In this document: one piece after another, positions 56,999 through 64,000 of the stretch
Position numbering within the stretch: position 1 is the first letter of the stretch
Layout of the letters: the number at the start of each line of letters is the position of its first letter
Assembly: GCA_017495115.1 (NCBI GenBank)
Contig: JAFEIJ010000005.1
Location: 93,423-157,422, forward strand
Direction of reading: 5' to 3'
From: Chitinophagaceae bacterium
Lineage (GTDB): Bacteria; Bacteroidota; Bacteroidia; Chitinophagales; JADJOU01
Length of the DNA stretch: 64,000 nt
Made by a program: the position numbers and the translations under genes
Notes under the pieces: model-generated
The model's input: the letters and a program-made list of their open reading frames with translations, nothing else
Database searches by the model: none
Told to the model about the DNA's origin: nothing

Positions 56999-58378
56999 AT
57001 GAATCCATCATCGCAGATCAAAAAAACAGACATCCTTGTAGGACTTGATATCGGTACTACTAAAATTTGTGTCATTGTTGCTAAAAAAGTTGGTAACAAA
57101 AAAATTGAAATACTTGCAAAAGGTCAAGTGGTTTCAAGAGGTGTTGAAAAAGGAGAAGTTAAAAATATACTTTTAGCGAGCGAAGATATTCGTGAGGCGG
57201 TACGATTGGCCGAGCAAAAAAGTGGCTTTAAAATTAAAAAAGTATTTGTTGGGATTGCAGGTGCGCACATCAAATCGAGTGTGATGCGCTTAGGTATCAC
57301 AAGAGCGGTTAATGAAGTAGATACCTTGATTAACAAAAATGATATTTCTAAACTTGAAATTCAAGCAAAAAATTTACAGGTAAATCCAGGTGAGGTAATT
57401 ATTAGCTGCCAGCCTCAAGAATTTTTTGTAGATGGAATATCTCCAAAAAATAACAATCCAATAGGAATGCGAGGCAATCGTTTGGAAGCCAATTGGCATA
57501 TTATTATTGGAAATACAAATCCATCTAAAAATATTGAAATGGCTGTTGAAATGGCGGGTCTTGAAATCTTGACTATGGATTTAGAGCCATTGGCAAGTGC
57601 CGAATCTGTACTGACTGAGGAAGCTTTAAATGAAGGTGTTTGTTTGATTGATATTGGAGGAGGTACAACCGATATGGCAATATTTTATGGCGGTGTTATT
57701 CGTCATACTGCGATCTTTCCATTTGCAGGAGAATATATCACCGCGTTTATAAGAGATAAGCTGAAATTAACCGAGCGAACATCTACGTTGTTAAAAGAAA
57801 ACAAAAGCTATACAAGCGCACTTTATAAGCATATTCAAGAAAATAAAATATTGTCGATTAAAAATATTACAGGGCTTCCGCCGGTTGAAATTGAGCAACG
57901 CAAATATTGTCATTTAATCAATTCTTGTTTAGAACAAATATTTAGTTTGGTAAAAAATGAAATCCAATCTACATATTTCAAAAATCAATTGAATGCTGGG
58001 ATTTTCATCACAGGTGGTGGTGCTAATATTCCTGATTTACAAAAATTTGTAGAACAATATTTGGGTATTCCAACTCAAATCGGAAGACCAATTCATTATG
58101 TTTCGAATAATCAAGATGTAACGCTTCATGATACCAGATATGCTACGGCTGTTGGTTTGGTATTATTGGCTGCAAAATCTGCTAATGAATCTATGATTGA
58201 AGTAGAAATAGAAGCGCCAATAAAAATTGAAGCTGAAACGCCTATTAAAACAATCAACGTCATAGAAGAAACCCCTCAACCTAAAAAATCAAAATTAAAT
58301 TGGGCTTTTAACTTAAAAGAGAAATTTAATAGTATGATACTAGATGAGCAAAATTATAAAGAATTTGAACAAGATTAA
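56999..58378 (+). CDS. ftsA: Cell division protein FtsA
   Basis: Actin-fold motifs VGLDIGTTKICV and IDIGGGTTD. C-terminal amphipathic segment KSKLNWAFNLKEKF. Confidence 0.93.
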   Translation: MNPSSQIKKTDILVGLDIGTTKICVIVAKKVGNKKIEILAKGQVVSRGVEKGEVKNILLASEDIREAVRLAEQKSGFKIKKVFVGIAGAHIKSSVMRLGITRAVNEVDTLINKNDISKLEIQAKNLQVNPGEVIISCQPQEFFVDGISPKNNNPIGMRGNRLEANWHIIIGNTNPSKNIEMAVEMAGLEILTMDLEPLASAESVLTEEALNEGVCLIDIGGGTTDMAIFYGGVIRHTAIFPFAGEYITAFIRDKLKLTERTSTLLKENKSYTSALYKHIQENKILSIKNITGLPPVEIEQRKYCHLINSCLEQIFSLVKNEIQSTYFKNQLNAGIFITGGGANIPDLQKFVEQYLGIPTQIGRPIHYVSNNQDVTLHDTRYATAVGLVLLAAKSANESMIEVEIEAPIKIEAETPIKTINVIEETPQPKKSKLNWAFNLKEKFNSMILDEQNYKEFEQD

Positions 58379-58432
58379 TTAGTATATCAAATAAAAAATT
58401 AAAAAAATAAATTAACTAAAAAAATAAAAATT

Positions 58433-59794
58433 ATGAATTTAGATTTCAATTTACCAAAAGAAAAATCTTCTATTATTAAAATATTAGGAGTCGGTGGAGG
58501 CGGAACCAATGCCGTAAACTTTATGCAAAGTAAAGGAATATTAGGTGTTAATTTCATCGTTTGTAATACCGATGAGCAACACTTAAACAACTCTGCAGTT
58601 AAGAATAAAATCCTTTTAGGTCCCGAATTGACTAAAGGAAGAGGCACTGGAGCCGATCCTGAAGTTGGTAAAAAAGCAACAGAAGAGTCGATAGCTTTAA
58701 TAAAAGAAGAACTTCAAAATAATACCGAAATGTTATTTATTGCAGCCGCAATGGGTAAAGGAACGGGTACAGGAGGTTCTCCGGTAGTTGCTAAATTAGC
58801 AAGAGAAATGGGAATTCTTACTATTGCTATTGTTACGACGCCTTTTTCAAATTTGGGAAGGTCGCAAGTTGAAAAATCAATTGATGGTATCGAAAAACTT
58901 AAAGAACAGGTAGATGCAATTATTATTGTTTCTAATGATAAAATTAGAGAAATCTATGGCTCGCTTAAAGCAAGTGAAGCTTTTGATATGGCAAATGATG
59001 TATTGAAAAATGCGGCAAAAGGTATCTCTGAAATTATTACAGCACCTGGTGATTTAAATACCGATTTTAACGATGTTAAAAATGTATTAAAAGATGGAGG
59101 TATTTGTATTATGGGCGTTGGTGTTGCCGAAGGCGAGCAACGCGTAAAAATGGCCGTAAAAAAAGCATTAGAGTCGCCATTGTTAAATGATGGAGATATT
59201 CGTGGCGCACAAAAAGCGTTGGTAAATATTTCTACATCAAAAGATCATGAAATACAAATTGATGAGATTGATGAAATATTAAATGAAATTCGTGAAGCTT
59301 CAAGAAATGATATTGATATTATTTTAGGTACTTCTTATGATGAAACATTAAATGAAGAGCTTTGTTTAACAATCGTTGTTACGGGTTTTGACGGAAAAGG
59401 ATTTGATAAAAATGATTCCATTGCTACAAAAGAAGAAGAAAAATTAGAAATTGTTAATTTAGAACAAGCTCCAAATTTGTTTTCTGTAGTTTCGGATTTA
59501 GAATTAGAAACAAAATATAATTTATCAGCACCTCTTGAAATTGAAAACGAAACCTCGTATGAAGTGATGGAGAAAGAAGAAGATGAAATTATTACGATGA
59601 TCGAAAAAGATGTTTTAACTGAAGAAGAAAACAGAAAACGAATTCTTAATGAACATAGCATCGACTTAAACTCGCCTTTTGATTTGTCGGATTTGTCGAT
59701 GACACCAAGCATGTTTTTAGAAAGCCAAAAAAGTATTGATGCCAACGGTTTTGTAATACCTAAAAATAGCGTAACCGATAGTAAAATTGACTAA
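58433..59794 (+). CDS. ftsZ: Cell division GTPase FtsZ
   Basis: GVGGGGTNAV and tubulin signature AAMGKGTGTGGSPV. Acidic linker. C-terminal TPSMFLE peptide-like motif followed by a tail. Confidence 0.96.
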   Translation: MNLDFNLPKEKSSIIKILGVGGGGTNAVNFMQSKGILGVNFIVCNTDEQHLNNSAVKNKILLGPELTKGRGTGADPEVGKKATEESIALIKEELQNNTEMLFIAAAMGKGTGTGGSPVVAKLAREMGILTIAIVTTPFSNLGRSQVEKSIDGIEKLKEQVDAIIIVSNDKIREIYGSLKASEAFDMANDVLKNAAKGISEIITAPGDLNTDFNDVKNVLKDGGICIMGVGVAEGEQRVKMAVKKALESPLLNDGDIRGAQKALVNISTSKDHEIQIDEIDEILNEIREASRNDIDIILGTSYDETLNEELCLTIVVTGFDGKGFDKNDSIATKEEEKLEIVNLEQAPNLFSVVSDLELETKYNLSAPLEIENETSYEVMEKEEDEIITMIEKDVLTEEENRKRILNEHSIDLNSPFDLSDLSMTPSMFLESQKSIDANGFVIPKNSVTDSKID

Positions 59795-59805
59795 TTAATT
59801 TTATT

Positions 59806-60273
59806 TTGAAAATAAAAATAGTCGTTATAGGTAAATCTACACCTTCTTTTATTCATGAAGGTGTAGATTATTACCTCAAAAAAATTAAATATATGGCCAC
59901 CGTCGATTGGATCGAATTGGTGCCAAAAAAGAAATCAGAATCTGCCGAAATTACTCAAAAGATTGAACTCGAGTTTTTTGAAAAACAAATTGAAGAAAAA
60001 GATTTTGTGGTTTTATTAGATAATAATGGTAAAATGCTTTCTAGCGAACAACTCACCCAACAATTTCAAAACTGGGAACATCAAAACATTAAACAATTGG
60101 TATTATTAATTGGAGGTGCTTTTGGATTTCATCAAAACCTATATCAAAGATCCAATTTTAAATTATCTCTCTCTCCAATGGTTTTATCTCATCAAATTGT
60201 ACGTTTGTTTTTATTAGAACAAATTTACCGTGCATATGCTATAAAAAACAATTTGCCTTATCATAATCCTTAA
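59806..60273 (+). CDS. rlmH: 23S rRNA (pseudouridine1915-N3)-methyltransferase RlmH
   Basis: MKIKIVVIGK start (TTG), IGGAFG, and SPOUT C-terminus LEQIYRAYAI..N.PYH. Confidence 0.88.
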   Translation: MKIKIVVIGKSTPSFIHEGVDYYLKKIKYMATVDWIELVPKKKSESAEITQKIELEFFEKQIEEKDFVVLLDNNGKMLSSEQLTQQFQNWEHQNIKQLVLLIGGAFGFHQNLYQRSNFKLSLSPMVLSHQIVRLFLLEQIYRAYAIKNNLPYHNP

Positions 60274-60284
60274 GTGGAGTTGAT

Positions 60285-61013
60285 CTAACCCTCCAACTTT
60301 CTCAAATACATCGAAATTGTATTTTCAAGGCCAAAATATAAACAATCGCTAATTAAGGCATGTCCAATGGAAACTTCTAGAAGATTTGGTATTTGAGATT
60401 TAAAATAATGTAAATTTTCAAGACTTAAATCATGCCCCGCATTAATACCAATACCAATTTCATTAGCGAAGGTAGCGGCTTTTTTATATTCAAAAATTGC
60501 TTTTTCAGGGTCGTTCGGAAACATTTCAGCATAATAACCAGTATAAAATTCAATGCGGTCTGCATTTAATTTTTTGGCATTTTCAATGAAATCCAAATGG
60601 GTGTCTATGAATAACGAAACCCGAATCTGGTGGGACTGTATTTTTTGAATCACATCTTTTAAAAAGTCAAAATGTGTTATAGTGTTCCAACCCGAATCGG
60701 AAGTCAAAACATGAGGTGGGTCAGGAACCAGCGTAATTTGAGAGGGTTTGGCATCAATCGCCATTTTTAAAAAGGCATCGCTAGGATAACCTTCAATATT
60801 ATATTCACAATCGGATTTCGGAAATTCATCCGCCAAATCTTCTACATCTTTAAATGTAATATGCCTTTGATCAGGACGAGGATGAATCGTGATGCCATGC
60901 GCACCATATCGATAGCAATCTTTAGCAAATTTTAAAACATCGGGCAAAGAGCCTCCTCTTGCATTACGAATTGTTGCTACTTTATTAATGTTGACTGATA
61001 ATTTCGTATTCAT
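60285..61013 (-). CDS. pdxJ: Pyridoxine 5'-phosphate synthase
   Basis: LSVNINKVATIRNARGG...HPRPDQRHI...VPD...NAGHDL...EVSIGHALI blocks. Confidence 0.93.
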   Translation of the reverse strand: MNTKLSVNINKVATIRNARGGSLPDVLKFAKDCYRYGAHGITIHPRPDQRHITFKDVEDLADEFPKSDCEYNIEGYPSDAFLKMAIDAKPSQITLVPDPPHVLTSDSGWNTITHFDFLKDVIQKIQSHQIRVSLFIDTHLDFIENAKKLNADRIEFYTGYYAEMFPNDPEKAIFEYKKAATFANEIGIGINAGHDLSLENLHYFKSQIPNLLEVSIGHALISDCLYFGLENTISMYLRKLEG

Positions 61014-61023
61014 TTCTTCTAAT

Positions 61024-62046
61024 TTATGACCACTCTATGGCTATTTTACCCATAGTTTGTCCTTTTTCTAATTTGGTGTGCGCAGCGGCTATTTCGTTAA
61101 CCGAGTAGGTTTCTCCCACCATCGTTTTAAAAACGCCTTTTTCATATAATTCCAATACGCCTTTCATACTTCGTTCAATAGCATGCGGTTTGCGATCTGC
61201 TATTGCTAGCATATTCAATCCGATTAAAGCTCTACTGCTCATCAAAAATTTAATAGGAGAATAGAAACCAAATTTTAAAACTTGTAATATCGTTTTTAAT
61301 TTGTTTTTACTTTCTCCCAACTTCGCCGAACCAAATAAAACCAATTTTCCATCGCTATTCAATGATTTTAAACCTTTCGGAACATTATCGCCACCTACAG
61401 AGTCAAAAATAACATCAATTTTCTTGAATAATTGGTGCTTCTTCAGATAATCTACCCAATCCTCTTTTTTATAATTAATAGTATGTTTTACGCCCATTTC
61501 TTTTAAAAATTGGCATTTTTCATCGCTTCCTGCCACTGCAATAACATCACATTTTTTGTAAAGCGCTATTTGAACCAAACCAAGTCCTACACCACCTGCA
61601 GCGGCATGAATCAAAACGGTGTCGCCTTCAAATAAATTAACATTAACCATCGAAGCTTGATATGCCGTACTTAACTGCGTTGCAAACGCAAGCGATTGAT
61701 AGGATGGAATATCTTCAGGTACTTTTATACAAACACGACTATCCGCCACCGCTTTTTCTGCGTATCCTCCAAAACGCGTAAGCGCCACAACAAAATCGCC
61801 CACTTCAAGATTTGAAACATCTTGACCTTTTTCGATAATTCGCCCAACAACATCATAACCCAAAATACAAGGCATTTTTGGCATATCTGGATACAAATCC
61901 AAACGTGCCATAACATCTGCATAATTGAGTCCAAAGGCCTTAACTTCAATTAAAACTTCTTGAGCATTCGGCTTTGGAGCTTCTATTTCGCGCATTTTGA
62001 ATGCATCGGCCGCATGGGTCTTTTTTTCTAAAAATAAGGCTCTCAT
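61024..62046 (-). CDS. Medium-chain (zinc-type) dehydrogenase/quinone-oxidoreductase family protein
   Basis: GLNYADVMAR, Rossmann motif HAAAGGVGLGLVQIA, and MDR length. Confidence 0.8.
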   Translation of the reverse strand: MRALFLEKKTHAADAFKMREIEAPKPNAQEVLIEVKAFGLNYADVMARLDLYPDMPKMPCILGYDVVGRIIEKGQDVSNLEVGDFVVALTRFGGYAEKAVADSRVCIKVPEDIPSYQSLAFATQLSTAYQASMVNVNLFEGDTVLIHAAAGGVGLGLVQIALYKKCDVIAVAGSDEKCQFLKEMGVKHTINYKKEDWVDYLKKHQLFKKIDVIFDSVGGDNVPKGLKSLNSDGKLVLFGSAKLGESKNKLKTILQVLKFGFYSPIKFLMSSRALIGLNMLAIADRKPHAIERSMKGVLELYEKGVFKTMVGETYSVNEIAAAHTKLEKGQTMGKIAIEWS

Positions 62047-62055
62047 CTAATTATT

Positions 62056-62760
62056 TTAAATATTATAAATTTTTGAATTGGAAATCCACAAAATCTGACC
62101 ATCATTGATTTTAATTTGCGAAGCATTTTTTAATTGATCAATGATTTCAATAGTTTCACCACCCTTGAAATTCTTTTTGGATTTCGTTAAGTTAATGTCT
62201 TCAAATCCCTCTGTCGGCTCTTTAACAATGGCTTTTTTTTCTGCATTTTGAAATTGATACAAAAAATAAAGATTTACCGAGGCCAAAATTAACATGGTTA
62301 AAAAAAACAAAGTAAAAATGCGTTTTTTTGGAAATGGATAAAATCGATTTAGGATAAAAATACCACTTAAACACCAAAAACAAAAAATAATGATCCATTG
62401 TAAATGATGCAACTTAAAAAAATAAACCAATCGTTTAAAAAAATCTAGAAAATCATTTTGAATTGTAAATTCTGATATTTTCTGTTTTTCGATGGCTAAA
62501 TCCAAATTTGTTTTAGCTTTTAAATTGTTATAATTTGCTTTTAAAGATTTGTTATAAAAAAGAATCGCTTCTACATATTTTTTCTGCTTAAAATAAGCAT
62601 TACCAATATTAAAAAAGAGTTCACTTTTTTCATATTGATTGGATCTAATATCTTTTTGCCAAAATGTGATCGCTTTTTGATAGTCATGATTTTTGTATGC
62701 TTCTACTCCTTGATTGGCAAACAACGTATTGAAAAGTAAAAAGAAAACAATAAATTTCAT
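62056..62760 (-). CDS. TPR-repeat membrane protein with a C-terminal SH3b-like domain (BatE-like)
   Basis: Signal peptide, TPR repeats (AYKNHDYQKAITFW, GNAYFKQKKYVEAILFYNKSL), two TM helices, and a C-terminal GGETIEIID...DGQILWISNSKI. Confidence 0.5.
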   Translation of the reverse strand: MKFIVFFLLFNTLFANQGVEAYKNHDYQKAITFWQKDIRSNQYEKSELFFNIGNAYFKQKKYVEAILFYNKSLKANYNNLKAKTNLDLAIEKQKISEFTIQNDFLDFFKRLVYFFKLHHLQWIIIFCFWCLSGIFILNRFYPFPKKRIFTLFFLTMLILASVNLYFLYQFQNAEKKAIVKEPTEGFEDINLTKSKKNFKGGETIEIIDQLKNASQIKINDGQILWISNSKIYNI

Positions 62761-62871
62761 GTCATTTAACTTTGAAATGTAAAATTAGCGAAATTGAAAC
62801 GAAATCTTTTGATAAAAAATATTAAATTGAATGATCAAGTTTTAATAATTTGTTTTAAAATGCAATAAAAT

Positions 62872-64000
62872 CTACCTACCAATATAAACCATCAGAATAG
62901 CAATGTCACTCGGGTTAATGCCACTGATACGTTTGGCTTGTCCAAGCGTTTTCGGTTGGATTTTTAGAAGCTTCTGTCGCGCTTCAGTACTCATACTAGT
63001 AAGTTTTGAATAATCGAAAGTTTCAGGAATTTTCAGATTTTCAAGATGAACCGCTTTTTGAGCGATATCCTGTTCTTTTTGAATATAACCTTTATACTTT
63101 TGTTCAATTTCAGCAGAATCTAATGCCGTATTTGAATAAACTTGTAATATTTCTCTAACTTTTTGTATTTCCATCAAATCACTTAAGCCAATTTCGGGAC
63201 GCGTAATAATTTGAGATAAAGGCATTTGTTGCTTTAGTGGCGTGCCGCCTAGTTTTTCTAAAATGGGATCTATCTCTTTTGGGGAGATCCGAATTTCATT
63301 AAACTGTTCCATAATTTTTTCAACTTCCTCATGACGTTTTTTCATTTTTTCAAAACGATCTGATTTTGCCAAACCGAGATGATTTCCAATTGGAGTTAAT
63401 CTAAAGTCAGCATTTTCACCACGTAATAAAATGCGATATTCTGCTCTGCTCGTAAACATTCTGTAAGGCTCATCCGTACCTTTATTAACTAAATCGTCGA
63501 TTAATACGCCAATATAACTTTCATTCCGTTTAAGTACCAAAGGCTCTAAATCGTCTATAATTCGGCATGCATTGATTCCAGCAACCAATCCTTGGCCAGC
63601 AGCTTCTTCATAACCCGTTGTACCATTTATTTGCCCTGCAAAAAATAGGTTTTTAATATTTTTGGTTTGAAGGTAAATGTCCAATTGTGTCGGCGGAAAA
63701 TAATCGTATTCTATAGCATAACCCGGTCGATGTAATTTTACATTTTCAAAACCTGGAACGCATTTTAACGCCTCATACTGCACTTCATAAGGAAGTGACG
63801 TGCTAAATCCATTAACATAAATTTCGTGTGTATTCCAACCTTCAGGTTCTACAAAAAGTTGATGGCGATCTCGCTCGGCAAATCGATTAATTTTATCCTC
63901 GATGCTTGGGCAATATCGAGGCCCAATACTTTCAATAGTTCCATTAAACATTGGACTTCGATCAAAACCCTCTTTGAGTTTTTCGTGTACGTTTTCGTTG
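62872..64000 (-). CDS. mnmG: tRNA uridine 5-carboxymethylaminomethyl modification enzyme MnmG (GidA), partial; N-terminus lies beyond the window end
   Basis: GPRYCPSIEDK, QINGTTGYEEAA and RPGYAIEYD blocks. The frame stays open upstream of the tracked Met through position 64000 (...NENVHEKLKEGFDRSPMFNG). Confidence 0.93.
   Translation of the reverse strand, partial: NENVHEKLKEGFDRSPMFNGTIESIGPRYCPSIEDKINRFAERDRHQLFVEPEGWNTHEIYVNGFSTSLPYEVQYEALKCVPGFENVKLHRPGYAIEYDYFPPTQLDIYLQTKNIKNLFFAGQINGTTGYEEAAGQGLVAGINACRIIDDLEPLVLKRNESYIGVLIDDLVNKGTDEPYRMFTSRAEYRILLRGENADFRLTPIGNHLGLAKSDRFEKMKKRHEEVEKIMEQFNEIRISPKEIDPILEKLGGTPLKQQMPLSQIITRPEIGLSDLMEIQKVREILQVYSNTALDSAEIEQKYKGYIQKEQDIAQKAVHLENLKIPETFDYSKLTSMSTEARQKLLKIQPKTLGQAKRISGINPSDIAILMVYIGR

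Noticed and set aside
44615-59794. Absence of murF and ddl from the dcw cluster, and the ~70-aa insertion in MraY
   Set aside because: To my knowledge both are the normal state of Bacteroidota dcw clusters, so this is not a locus-specific anomaly.
62872-64000. mnmG (gidA) as a marker that oriC is nearby
   Set aside because: The gidA-oriC linkage is a proteobacterial/Firmicute feature. The intergenic region next to mnmG (62761-62871) is short and has no DnaA boxes, so it adds no independent support to the 44.1-44.6 kb candidate.

Overview
Low-GC (about one-third G+C by eye) chromosomal segment from a Bacteroidota bacterium, most likely Flavobacteriia-like. Evidence for this: a PorP/SprF-type T9SS gene, two T9SS C-terminal sorting domains, a GldD-like lipoprotein, TAnnTTTG -7 promoter motifs, and a dcw cluster lacking murF/ddl. 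Most of the window is ordinary core genome. It holds a complete mraZ-rsmH-ftsL-ftsI-murE-mraY-murD-ftsW-murG-murC-ftsQ-ftsA-ftsZ cluster (44.6-59.8 kb) and gyrB-rsfS-ftsH. It also holds infC, tdk, sod, tcdA, pdxJ, rlmH, the 3' part of mnmG, one tRNA-His(GTG), a 1991-aa thioester alpha-2-macroglobulin, and an M1 metallopeptidase with a barrel-like C-terminus. Accessory content: (i) two adjacent giant paralogous T9SS cargo genes (1720 and 2596 aa, about 13 kb); (ii) a RayT-like HUH/Y1 transposase in a nest of GC-rich REP-like hairpins, some of them in-frame inside its own ORF; (iii) two decayed or switchable genes, a GT2 glycosyltransferase split at an A10/T10 tract and a MORN/TonB-C gene with two in-frame stops; (iv) a 476-bp AT-rich divergent intergenic region upstream of mraZ with two perfect TTATCCACA boxes and phased GTG[G/T] boxes. 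I found no CRISPR array, prophage, recognisable defence system, toxin-antitoxin pair, rRNA or riboswitch. I cannot point to a clearly novel multi-gene system. The best candidates for a second look are the RayT/REP locus, the oriC-like region and the M1-peptidase/beta-barrel fusion. All product calls come from motif recognition by eye, not from database searches.
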